DNA of 40,876 nucleotides from an uncultured Nitrososphaeraceae archaeon (GTDB taxonomy: Archaea; Thermoproteota; Nitrososphaeria; Nitrososphaerales; Nitrososphaeraceae): positions 1 through 40,876 of the forward strand of contig CAVXZB010000061.1 of the NCBI GenBank assembly GCA_963765895.1, given 5' to 3'. The notes below the pieces were generated by a model. The model was not told where the DNA came from. It did not search any database and saw nothing but the letters and a program-made list of their open reading frames with translations. Made by a program: the position numbers and the translations under genes. Positions 24,691 through 35,961 of the stretch are shown in pieces (position 1 is the stretch's first letter; each line of letters opens with the position of its first letter).

Positions 24691-25121
24691 GGCGTTTCAA
24701 GATATGAATCATCACCAGCCCAATATCGGGTTTATCCTGATTTCATCAGTCAGTAAGGCTTCGAAGACTGGAACGATTTTTGTATCATCACTAGGAAACA
24801 ATCATCCTCGATTTCATCTTGGAATAAGTTGGATTGAAGCCAGTCATTAAATAAGATTTCAAACGAATTAGACGATAGTAAAGATGTACAGGTAGTAAAG
24901 ATAGTCAAGTCTACTGACTATGGTGGACCAGACCGGAGGTTCAGAAATAGAATTAGGGGTGCCATCTGCGTGAGATGTTCTGCGCTTCATCTAACGTTCA
25001 CATCAAGGCCAGCAAATTCAGGATGTGAGACAGGAGAATATACGCTGACTCTAAGGGCCTCTATCGACGGATATGAGCTTAAAACAGAGTCAGCCAAATT
25101 CAAAATAAATCCTACTTCGAC

Positions 25122-25613
25122 TAAGAACCTATCCCAAAATTATCCTCCTGTAAATAAGAATACAACAACCTAAACATACTAACGCAAAATAGTTTTCTAT
25201 CTTCTTCTCATATCTAACCAAAAGTTTCCTGAGCCTGTTGTGCCAGGAATTAGTTCTTTCAACTACCCATCTTCTTTTCGTAGTATGATGATGATTACCG
25301 CCCTTTATTATTGATCCCTCTCCTCTATGTCGAATGTGTGGAAGATATCCTTTCTTGATAACACCATTCTCAATCTCCTGAAAGTCATATCCCATATCAA
25401 GACAGAGGTTCTGTTTCTCTTTATTAAAATTATAAGACGGTCTTTTGACTACGATATTATCCAATGTGTTTATAGCAGCCTTCATATCATGTGTATTAGC
25501 TGCAGTTATAATAACAGATAATGGAATACCTTGTCCATCAGTTAATACATGACGTTTTGTTCCTAACTTGCCTCTATCTGTAGGATTAGGACCAATCAGT
25601 CATTTCCCCCCTA
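25122..25613 (-). mobile_element. Truncated IS5-family element (3' half of the transposase)
   Basis: GPNPTDRGKLGTKRHVLTDGQGIPL...LDMGYD...RWVVERTNSWHNRLRKLLVRYEKK. The ORF ends at 25129 near the probable TIR; the 5' part is absent. Different subgroup from the IS at 2-950. Confidence 0.85.
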
Positions 25614-25619
25614 GAGGTG

Positions 25620-25939
25620 CCTTTACAGATACACTATCAAGTGATTGCCATTTCTCTGTACTTCTGCACAAACATATCTGCTCGAGTCATGTGATTCATT
25701 GATCAATTCGGATGGGAGCCTGACACGTGATGGAGATACAGCAGTAGGATGCATAACAAATGGAGCAATAATATCCGCCATCGGAGCTGAAATTCAATAT
25801 GTCGGCTGGTTCTTTACTTGGTCTGCTTAGGGGTCTAGCACCAATGACAGGATGCGGTGGAATAGTTGACTTAAATCAAGTTCAGACTTCGCCTGATATT
25901 CAGCGTCTAGGACAATTCGCTGGACAGATTGGGGGCTGA
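25620..25939 (+). pseudogene. Cys-containing hypothetical protein, 5'-truncated at the IS junction and frameshifted
   Basis: LLESCDSLINSDGSLTRDGDTAVGCITNG...GLAPMTGCGGIVDLNQV reads as protein across two frames. Confidence 0.45.
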
Positions 25940-26049
25940 TTATCTGTGAATATGGAGGAGTTTATCCACTTATCACTTAATCACTTAATGAAGTAACTTC
26001 TCTTCTTTTTGGTCACTAAACATTTGTGTATACTAAAAGGGTGTGATGT

Positions 26050-26532
26050 GTGAACGAAAATATCTATTGTCCTTGGAATATTAGTGACAATAGTAATAGG
26101 ATTGCAACTAGGGGTTCATGTTACTTATGCAGCCCAACTGACAGCAAGTTCCTATACTGATGGATACAGCAAAGGTGTTAGAGATGCAGGAAGAGATCTG
26201 CAAGGTTTAAACGGTCACGGCTATGATAGCTCATGTCCACCAAGACATACTTCAGTATTTTGCAGTGCATATGTGCGAGGAGATCATGAGATCCAGACGG
26301 ATGCCATTGGTGGATCCTTATGAGAGGTCATGGTTTTATCAACCAAACTCAAGAGTTCATTGAAGGTTACTGTACATGGCTTCTGTATAATGTGAGAGAA
26401 TGCACGTTGGTTGGGGGAAGCGACGCAGAGCAGGCAGATATTAAATCATGTGATGACGGACCGAACGGCGTGCGCTGGGCAGAACCTGGAAGTCTAGATG
26501 ATAACAACACTACATTCTGGACTCCAAACTAG
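26050..26532 (+). CDS. Small secreted protein(s) with GYxxG repeats (frameshifted)
   Basis: Hydrophobic leader ending TYA, then YTDGYSKGVRDA...HTSVFCSAYVRG and QTQEFIEGY. Confidence 0.5.
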
Positions 26533-26542
26533 GCAGATAGAT

Positions 26543-26878
26543 ATGAAAACAATAATCATAACAACAATTGCAGTTATCATACTAATGATAGGCGCACAGT
26601 CGGCCTATGCGTTAAGTGAGTTTCAATCAGGATATAGACATGGGGTGGCTGACGGAAAACGTGATTATGTCTTCTTTAACTGTGATACAGGTAAAGTCAG
26701 AATATCGCCTTGTCTTGAGCCTACTACCTACATACATGAGCCAGGTAAAGGATTTGCATTTCATACGACCGAATTCGTTGATGGGTATATACATGGATGG
26801 TGTTTAGCACATAACGGCGGTGGAATAGAAGCAAATGATGATCCTGAACCCACTCTCGTTAGTTTTGATTGTGATTAA
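26543..26878 (+). CDS. Small secreted protein, paralogue of the upstream GYxxG protein
   Basis: MKTIIITTIAVIILMIGAQSAYA signal peptide; FQSGYRHGVADG...HTTEFVDGYIHGWC. Confidence 0.7.
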   Translation: MKTIIITTIAVIILMIGAQSAYALSEFQSGYRHGVADGKRDYVFFNCDTGKVRISPCLEPTTYIHEPGKGFAFHTTEFVDGYIHGWCLAHNGGGIEANDDPEPTLVSFDCD

Positions 26879-27879
26879 GGTCTAAGCTCTGCATACCCTC
26901 ATCCAAGTGATTGGGTTGTACATACCGTATCGGCGCGCAAGCCAGTCAACATAGCCGTAATCTTTAACGATGTACCGCAAGACGGTTTTGGAGTATACCT
27001 TAGATTCAACAAGATAACTTGGCTTTCCAAGATTGGGTTAATGTAACTCAAAGCGGGCAGGCGTATGGATTACCAGGTAGCGGATTTTATGCGGGAAATA
27101 GGATCACTGTAAAGTATGACCAATTGGACAAACTGGAGATAGGTTTGTTTTCCCTGACCGATTGCCAGGGTCCAGTTCTTGATCAAAAGACGATAACACT
27201 AGGTGAAACGGGCGGCTTAAGTAGAACTCAGTCTGGCACGCGGAGTTCTACAGAGCAGATTTTTAGCTCGGGTGCCAGTTAGGTAGGCTTGTAGTCAGCC
27301 ATGAAGGGCAGCAATACTGAAGTGCAGTTATTATATGCCCAATGATAGGCGCGCCTTAAGCGGCAAAGTGTATTGGCAAATCAGGCGGATACTAGAACGG
27401 GAAGAAGCTGGTATATGTGCCGACAGTTTAGATAGGCCTTTAATTCGGTCCAACTCATGATGAATGTCATGACCAATTCCTCGAACCTACACATAACCTA
27501 CCTACACTTCCACCAAATCAGTATTACGGAGCATGTATAGAAACTGGGCCTAAATTAACATGTGATATTCTGTACGGCCTCTATCCAACGTGGTTGAATT
27601 TTCGTATAGAGCCGCACTCTAAGTCTGGCTTGGATACTGAAGGTACATTTCTGTGTATCAGTATTGTAATCAATGAATTTCCCTTGGCCTTGATGTGACT
27701 GTCCCGTTGTGAGGAGCTTGGGGAATCTAGACTTTAGGGACTGCGGGCTTGGCCACTGCAGGCTCTAATGGGGGGTTTAGCGCCTGCCGCTACAGCATGT
27801 TGCTTACATCAAGTGGCATAAGTAGCGGATTTGTTCAAACGGCGTGCGTGCAGGAGCACATTGAACAGTGAGGGCATAA

Positions 27880-28201
27880 GCGCGTATCAATGGCTGATAC
27901 ACACATGAAGTCTTACCTATTCAACGCACATCTATATTGAACTGTCAGTCTATACATCTGATGTCCCATTTGACATAATATTTATAATCTGGCACCACTC
28001 CTATCATATTATAACGCTATTTCCGATATAATTATGCTGGACGTGTTAAAAAATCCGACGTTGTCCGATGTATTAAACGTATTGCAAGTTAACGGAATTA
28101 GATATGTTGATTCGCATCGACTAATTGCTACTATCTATAGATATCGATTTATACTAGCGAAAGATTGTTTTGGAGTGTTAGTCTATGACAAGTGCTTATA
28201 G
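27880..28201 (+). repeat. Dispersed ~300-bp repeat, copy 2
   Basis: Core 27975-28145 aligns with copies 1 and 3; the flanks are more diverged. Confidence 0.8.
28034..28201 (+). CDS. Candidate 55-aa micro-protein inside the dispersed repeat
   Basis: MLDVLKNPTLSDVLNVLQVNGIRYVDSHRLIATIYRYRFILAKDCFGVLVYDKCL, downstream of TTTATAA at 27981-27987. Confidence 0.45.
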   Translation: MLDVLKNPTLSDVLNVLQVNGIRYVDSHRLIATIYRYRFILAKDCFGVLVYDKCL

Positions 28202-28499
28202 ATAGAGGCTTGCGCTTACCGGTTTTAATTTGTATGTGATAGCTAGCATTGTTGGTAACAGGGGAACATGAGAAGGCGTGCGCCCGTGACTTAGACGTTT
28301 GGGCAGTGTGATATAATCAGTATCTATGTGCATTCAACTAAGCAAGCAGCATCACTAATTAATAGGACTAATTAAAAAGCATATTATTATCTAGTCTTTA
28401 CCTGCGGTATTCAATACCTCATCTGAAAATATAAAGTCAAGGTTAAAGGAGATATGTGAGGTCAATGTATCAATTCCTTATATTATGAAGACAAATCAA

Positions 28500-29480
28500 C
28501 TATAGAACAGTTGGGTCTGGCACGGCATAATTCTTGAGTAATACATCATCTCTATTAATGAGATCGTTGTCAAGAATCATTACATGTACGTGTGTTGAAG
28601 TTCCATCTAGGTGATTGATATTGATTAGTGCTATACCTTCCATTTCTTCTGCCCCACCGAGCAAGCTGGAGTGGTAGGGCACATTGCGAGAACCAAGAAA
28701 TACTCCATTGAATGCGCTATACACACGTATGTCCTCCGTGAAATTTGAGGTAAGGTATAAGTGCCCGTTTCTAGAAAATACTCCACCTTGGATTTCATGA
28801 AGCGAGCCGTCTAGAGTGAGAGTAAGGTTTTCCTTAGCGGCAAAATTTATGGGGTCATAACAATAAATTTCATTCACAGGATCATCGTCTACTAATTCTA
28901 GACTTTCATCTAAATGTGGCCGGTTACCAAAGTTAGAGCTGTATAGAAGCCCATTCCATGGATTGATTGCACACCATGAAAAACTTCCTTGTTTAGGCGG
29001 TTTATCGTTACCTAAGTTGCGAAGAGGAAGAGCAGTCAAATTGGTATCAAGGACCCAAACTCTCGGCAGATGACCTGCTGCCTCTACTGGGACAAAGATT
29101 TTTCCCTCATGATACGCGGGAGTGCCTATATGGAGGTCATTTGGATCTTCATAATCTTCAGAGTGTTCCGGAAATTCCTTAAGGCTAATAAGTTCGAAGT
29201 TCAAACCAAATTTGTAGATTGCTCGTAGATCATGATTATTGCTTACCACAAACCAACTCTTTCCGTCTGTCGTAAGACCCTGGCACTCTTCTGTCCAATC
29301 CTGGTTTACGAAATTATCTACGTGAGCCATGGTCCAGTTTTCTATCAAAGGAGGGTTCATCGCATGCATTGCAGCCTTAAGACTCTTCGGAAAACTATCA
29401 AATCCACCTGGAAGAGCACCAACGGATCTCCCCGGCCGTGGTTCGCCGATCTTTAGAAGACCTTCACGTAGACTAATCAT
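28500..29480 (-). CDS. Hypothetical protein, probable beta-propeller, with N-terminal SLR tag
   Basis: Intact 326-aa ORF with blade-like motifs CQGLTTDGKSWF, WCAINPWNGLLYSS, IQGGVFS and EMEGI; no signal peptide. Confidence 0.7.
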   Translation of the reverse strand: MISLREGLLKIGEPRPGRSVGALPGGFDSFPKSLKAAMHAMNPPLIENWTMAHVDNFVNQDWTEECQGLTTDGKSWFVVSNNHDLRAIYKFGLNFELISLKEFPEHSEDYEDPNDLHIGTPAYHEGKIFVPVEAAGHLPRVWVLDTNLTALPLRNLGNDKPPKQGSFSWCAINPWNGLLYSSNFGNRPHLDESLELVDDDPVNEIYCYDPINFAAKENLTLTLDGSLHEIQGGVFSRNGHLYLTSNFTEDIRVYSAFNGVFLGSRNVPYHSSLLGGAEEMEGIALININHLDGTSTHVHVMILDNDLINRDDVLLKNYAVPDPTVL

Positions 29481-29585
29481 TTACACTTCATTCCTGTGGT
29501 GTTTCTTTGATATCACAATTGCGTGAATCATGTACCAAGTCTGATTCGTTGCACCAACTAGTACCGGATAGCGCTTCATCTTTTT

Positions 29586-30762
29586 TCATTGTAATGCGAT
29601 CAGAATAGGAATCAATCTTTTTCCTGATTTTACTGCATGTAAAGCCTTGCCAATCACAGCTCCAAATGCTTTCGAACGATTCGTTGCTTTCATTGCATGT
29701 CCAGCAGTGTGTGAGGTGGTCAACATATCTCCTACTTTGATCGTTGATTGATCCGCATCAACTTTACAATAGACTTTACCTAGCACAGCTAAAGGTGCTC
29801 TTAAGTTCTGTGATTTTTTCTTGTCTAATACAATCCCGGGTTTAAATCTCCTCCACCAGAAATAACTCCTACGACTCTCTTGTCGTAAGCTATTAAACTT
29901 TTTTGTAATTTTCTATCGTTACCTATGATCATAACAGTACCTGGCTCTATTTCCTCTGATTTAGAGGAGGATACGTCAAATTCCTCTGCACAATCGGCAT
30001 TAGATAGTAGAATGTCCCCAGCATCACCGTCAAGAAGAATAGTCTGTTGGCCACTAGCCTTTGTAATTCTTAAAGAACCTCCTTTGTTTCCCTTGCTAAT
30101 AGGCCCAATCCGCATACCTGCAGTATCGGCACCGACATGAAAAATATCTGTCCCTTTGTTGTCGCTGAGAATAATTTGACCACCTGAAGCATTTAGATCA
30201 ATCCTGGGAAAGTTCAATCCCTCAATACCCAGATCGATTCTTTTAAGCGTTATTGAACTATTCTTCGCATCCATACCTATTGATGAACGAAGGTTCCGCC
30301 GAAATCCTTCTGTGCACTAAGTGAAATACTACCATCATTACCCCTTAACATAATAGAGGCCTGATTCTCAGCCTGGATATCGTTTGCTTCAGCCGGGAAA
30401 ATTCCGACGTTACCATTTTGTCCATTACCACCAAGCCATAAATCACCACCTGTTGCATCAAGTACCAAAGTTGCCTTGTCTTTATACCGTTCGGGTCCCG
30501 GCGCCATTGCGGTAGAAGGAAAAAGAATCACTTTGGCGTTTGCGCCATTACCGCCAAAATAGAACAATCCGTTTGAGCCTAGAGACGCAGTTCTATGAGT
30601 CACATCAGCAGGACCACCAGGTGGGTAAAGGTTTATGCTTCCCGCTCGCTCCATTCCCTCCAAAGATGCTCTGGCCATCTTTCATTAATCTTATGACAGG
30701 ACTAGGTAAAGTACCTGCTGCCCTCCGACAGCAACTACTCGAACTTCATCAAAATCTGTCAT
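29586..30762 (-). CDS. Fibre/spike-like protein with GGNG repeats and a C-terminal intramolecular-chaperone (Peptidase G2-like) domain; frameshifted
   Basis: ATG 30762 (MTDFDEVRVV); repeats FGGNGASG, FGGNGANA and LGGNGQNG; C-terminus ADCAEEFD...EPGTVM...VVGVISG...GKVYCKVDA...IKVGDMLTTS...GHAMKA. Confidence 0.7.
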
Positions 30763-31451
30763 ATGATGAGGCCCCAAGCTGTTACGTCTGCTTGTATCCT
30801 ACTTATCAAAATCATCGCCTTTATTACTAACATCCTTGCTTAAAAATGGTTCTATGTATCAGAATCTAATTTTGCTAGGCACTGATGATACTTACCTGAA
30901 GGATATCCTATTAGAGAAGACTACCATAGAAAAGAGATATAACTTAACTTGATGCCGATTAATATAGTAGATTCCGCCGGACCCAAAGAAAGATGGCCTC
31001 CGAAAATAAAAGGAGTAGCAAATGTGATAGCACTAATCAGGATGATAAGACAAAAGACATTAGAGTGAAGATTCTCCAGAAGGTACTAAGTCATAACCGT
31101 GTCCAGATGCATTGGGCATTAGATTTAGTGAGGTAAGTATACGTAAAATTGGCTCATGAAGAGCCGAGCAGAGATCCTTTAAAACAAGTGACCTGCCCAA
31201 CTTTCTTTTCCTGTGCGTATGTCCAAAGTTATGGAAGTTGCTATTTTAGATATACCTCTTGGGATCTACAGCTTTTTAGGCAATACTTTTATCAACTGAC
31301 TGAAAGGTATAATACGATAATAATGTAGATGATTGATTGTTAAATAGTAAAGTATTACAATACTCCATTAAGCATCTCATTGGCATGACCTCTACATCTT
31401 GACTTTTATCCACCATTTTCGTACATGCCAAGGGATATTGCTGGCGTCGCT

Positions 31452-32463
31452 CTAGACGTCGCCGTGTCCTAGATAGATAGATTCTCGTATAGAAATCGGA
31501 GGAGTTAATCCAAAATTTGCTGCGATCGCACGAATGTTCGTGGGAAGATAAATATTCTTATTCCTAAGCGCTTTTCTGAGACTATAGCCTACAAAGATAC
31601 CGTCTATCGCAAACATTTCAGAGTCAATACCACATTCGCCATATGCGATACGGAAGAATCCACCTTCCCCGAAACCTCCCCAACTGTTTTTACAAATCCA
31701 ATATCGTTCTATATCGTTATAACCTACAACAGAGACACAATGTCCGCCCTGCTCATCTCCAGTCACATGTGAATATATCCCTTGCTTATAAGCATAGAAA
31801 TCCTCATACACCGTAAAACATGCTACAAGCGGTCCTTTAGTAGAGATCCAATTCTTCATATCTGATATAGATGACAAGATATGCCATCCACTAATTCTGG
31901 TTAATCTGCTCAGCGAATTTTGACACAAATTTGAGCAATCCTGATCCATCCCGATATATGGATAACATGCTTCGTCAGCAACTCCACTGTTCAGAAAATA
32001 ATCCAAGGCGCTTTCGGTGTCCCAGCCACTCTCACAGTTTCTATCGTCATTGCGAGCGTAACAATAGAACAATTGTGCTTCTGAGTAGTCTACATCTAGG
32101 ATAGGATTATTGCGTTGTCTTCTAAGCGTTCCCTCTGCAGTCGCAATAGTACCAAACGCCACACAAGAACCACAATTTCCTTGATCCTTGACCGTTGTAA
32201 TAAAATTTTGACCGGCTACGTTTCTAGAATCATATGTAATTGGAAAACCACGTGGGCTAGGTGCGCTTGTGAGAAAGAGTACTCAAGTTAGCCTGTGCAA
32301 TATTCTCTCTTTCATGAAGTGGCTTATGTGTAGGACGAGGAACATACCCAAGCAGCCTCAACAATTGCGTTCTTGACATCTGTGTAATAGGGTTATCTGC
32401 TCCCTCCCATCTTGCTTGGGAGGCCGATATAGCATACTTTACAACTTGTACGTCGACAGGCAT
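31452..32463 (-). CDS. Papain-family (C1A) cysteine protease with propeptide and C-terminal SLR tag; one frameshift ~32255
   Basis: VKDQGNCGSCVAF (Gln and catalytic Cys, just upstream of the listed ORF start), GGHCVSVVGY (His) and KNSWG (Asn). Confidence 0.9.
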
Positions 32464-32680
32464 GAGTTGACATCTTTCTCCAAAATTATTAACCTTTCGC
32501 ACGAACTTATGATATCGGGGATTGTCTTATTCTAAGTTATATCTTGAAAGCAGACTATATGACTCCCACTACTATTACCAATATTCTAAATTTTGAAAGA
32601 TTGGAAAGACCAAATCCCATGTTAAGAATAATTTATATTAAATTTGTGGACAACAGTTGTAAGAGATTTTGTGATATCCT

Positions 32681-33002
32681 ATGAATCAAATATCAATGGA
32701 TGGAAGTGATAATGGTAGAATATTCGATATAAGCATTGGGCAATTGATAGACTATTAACCTTAAAGAAAATCCCATGACAGGATATCGGTGGAAACTTGA
32801 TCGATTCAATGAAGAAATCATTCTCATAAAAGATTCAAAGTATTCTATACATCCAAATTCTAGAATCGGCGGTGGTGGTATTCGAACCTTTACCTTCATA
32901 GGACGATCTCCGGGCAGAACAGAGATCCATTTTAGTCTTAAGAGAGATTGGGAGATGCAGAGTACTATTGATAAATTCCATGTATCTCTTAAGATCATAT
33001 GA
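32681..33002 (+). CDS. Chagasin-family (I42) cysteine protease inhibitor; one frameshift ~32750
   Basis: ENPMTGYRW, GGGG and RDWE loops match the chagasin NPTTGYxW, GxGG and RPW motifs; ATG at 32681. Confidence 0.85.
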
Positions 33003-34289
33003 ACTAGCACTCATATTTTATGAACTTCGTACTTACCACATTGTGTTGCGATCCGCTCTTGTCGAATACATAATTCTTAATTTTCTGAGGCAACTTTAAG
33101 GCATAAAGCTCGATGCCGATATGTTATGGCCTTGCGTAGATTAGCAGGTATCTTTCTGAACTCGAATCGGTTGACCAACCACATGTACAATTCGCTACAG
33201 ATTGAAATCATATGATTGGACAATATCATGAAAAAAGAGACCAGGACATGCTTGAGAATTTCAGTTGTTTATGTCGATTAAGAATAATCTACTCCAAATT
33301 TATCTCGACAGATGTATTCTATCTTGCGTGATTATCGGCATATTTTAATTTGATAAGCTATTCAGATAGTCACTACTCACCTATAAAACTCATATAGATA
33401 ACAACTACAATTAAGCCGTTATGCAGCGGCCAAGATGGTAATAGTACTTCCAGTAGTATATGATAAGAATCATTCCATTGAAAGTGAAACAAGCTATTAT
33501 ACAAAATATTTAGGCGGCTATAACTTAATACTTGGAGACCAGAAAGAAACGTAACTTCACATGTGAGAAAGATTGAGTCGGTATGTTTGATCCTATTAGC
33601 AAAGGCATAATATGAGAATATGGTCCAGCCAAACATCTTCTTAGGCAGGAGTTCGATATAATACTGAACTTGTTAAAACTGCAGTCAAACGCTGTCGAAA
33701 ACAATTACAACAGTACAAAACTGAGGATCTAGGCAGATAGATAAATGCCTCATTAGTAGCATCTATGAGGCAGCCTTTGCAATTAAGAAGAGAAAGTAGA
33801 TATTTGAAGACGAAAAGTAGGAAAGGTGAAAGGAATTACGAAAAACAAGTTTATCGCAAAGCAACGGGAGGAAATTAGCGACTTTATAGAGCCCATGCAC
33901 AAGCGTCTTCTCCTAAGGCGAGAGGCAAAAAGCAATATTATTGTGCATAGATTTCAAAATGTTCTGGCGTGTCTTGGTACAAGTTTTCTCAGGTCTAGGT
34001 CTTGCTCTTTCGGCTGTCGGATTCAGCAGTCCCATCCAAAACGTCTAGTTGAATTATTGGACTTGTCTTCAACTGCCTCCTCTTATTTTCTTACATTGAT
34101 ATGTCATTATATGAACATCATGCTGACTCTAGACATTCTGCAACTGATTGTGCCTGTGAATCACAAATACTTTGTATCAGCGCTAACTCAATCGTGAAAT
34201 AGAAATCTAGTCCAGCTGATGGACAAGCTTGGTAGAGTAGGATAGATAATAATAATTAGGACATAGGAGTGCTGTTTATTAGAGATTCC

Positions 34290-35536
34290 ATGAAGAGTTT
34301 TCGTGACACTTTGACCTGCTCTGGAATATCTATACCAATAAGTCTGCGACAATTAGCAACACAAAATGGTTTACACCTTCCTATCTCTTTGGAAGGGCTG
34401 ATAAAGACGATAATATCTGCGCCACGATCATTCTACATTGTAGGACATAATCCAAACACAATTAGTGAAGTTATTTCTGCACTCAACTTGGGCGCAAATG
34501 CGATAGAGCCTGATGTGAACGTTTACAAGGATCATCAAGATCAAACTCTGTATCAGTAAAACCTGTAATTGGTAGCGCGGGAATTCCGATGCACCATCTT
34601 TAACCGAATACCTAACCGACCTACGGAATATTTCAATCCGAACGACCCGAGCTCTCTCTAGTGGTTTTTGATTGTAAACCAAAGGTAGTCGGATCGGCAC
34701 AACATGGACAAACCCTACTAAGCACAACTCGGAATATTTTGACATCCCAAACCAACATGAATGTGATCATTTCTGTCCCCGATCTTTCACAGACAGCGAT
34801 CTTCAAAAACATAAGAATAAGTCTAGGACCGCGCGAAGGATTGATGGTCGATTCGGAGAACGATCCTATTGCCGTCTCCAACTTCTTCATTGAAGCGGGA
34901 GTGACAAACCAGTGTTTTGGCAACGGTATCTCATTTAGTTCAGTGTTGGGACCTAACGTTAGGCCCTCTATGGAGAGAGCTTGTGAGTTTTAGGCCGCAA
35001 CTAACAGAATTCGCTTCATCTACGTCTGGACAATAAATGATAATGATTTAATGCGAGAATACATCCAAATTGGTGTGAATGGCATTATCACTGATGATGT
35101 GGCTAAACTACACAATATCGTAGGAGGGTTTCAGCCTGTTATTCGAATGGCAAGACGCATCGATAATCCGTTAACACCGTCCGGCTTTTCATATGGATTG
35201 AGTATTCACACTGGAGACATGGACATGGCAGGAACCGATGCAAACGTGATGTTCACACTCACTGGGCCGAATGGTTCAGCTACAGTCAGCGTCGATACAA
35301 ATTTGCCTTATAGGATGGAGAGGAACGATTGGAACTATATAATCCTCAGAAGTCAAGACCTCGGAGATCTTCAATCCATTACCGTTCAAAGCGATAACGA
35401 AGGCAACGCGCCTGACTGGTACCTTGATACTATCGTTGTGGAATCTTCCTGCTACGGTGTGTCCAAGCGGGCAAACTTTAACAAGTGGATTGATACGACA
35501 TCTCATTTTACCCAACCACTGGTTTACGTACGGTAA
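34290..35536 (+). CDS. GDPD-like sphingomyelinase D/phospholipase D fused to a C-terminal PLAT/LH2 domain, with N-terminal SLR tag; interrupted
   Basis: RSFYIVGH...GANAIEPDV, VVFDCK, YVWTIN...GVNGIITD and plug-like RMARRIDNP; PLAT YGLSIHTGDMDMAGTDANVMFTLTG...PDWYLDTI. Frameshifts at ~34545-34650 and an in-frame TAG at 34991. Confidence 0.8.
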
Positions 35537-35598
35537 TACAAGTCAGCATATAAAAATATTCTTCATATTTGGTAAAAAAATCGTTTGTCTCCGCCTCT

Positions 35599-35961
35599 AC
35601 TTGACAAATATACATTCAAGAATCAAAGGAAGACGATGCAAACCCCACAAATCCTATATGAGGATAGGATGCCAGAATTGTTTGTAGAAGATGCGGATAC
35701 GATAAACCAGATATTTGAGCGTGTTTTTACAGACATCGATAAGGAAACAAAGGACAAACTCAAAAAACAGTAGTTACCAAAAAGAAAATTGCTGAGGCCC
35801 CTGAAAGAATTAGAACGATATGCGAAAATTTGGTTGAGCATTACACGACACATATAAAACAAAATGGTTACAAAGTAATAATAGTTGCAACCTCGAGGGA
35901 GGAGCCGTTACTTACAAGAAAATACCTTGACAGGACAGGTGCACCCAAGCCGAAAATCATC
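35599..35961 (+). pseudogene. hsdR: Type I restriction endonuclease R subunit internal fragment
   Basis: LDKYTF..ESKEDDA..ILYEDRMPEL...IAEAPERIRTICENLVEHY...GYKVIIVATSRE resembles the HsdR helicase mid-region; both ends are missing. Confidence 0.6.

Noticed and set aside
29586-30762. Provirus structural module
   Set aside because: The fibre-like gene is isolated; no capsid, portal, terminase or tail genes were recognised.
33373-34197. ORFs 33373-33636 and 33826-34197 as real genes
   Set aside because: No recognisable motifs; they look like degraded or chance frames.
34991-34993. Pyrrolysine or programmed readthrough at the in-frame TAG of the PLD gene
   Set aside because: TTTTAGG can arise from TTTAGGG by compensating homopolymer errors, and no pyl genes are seen.
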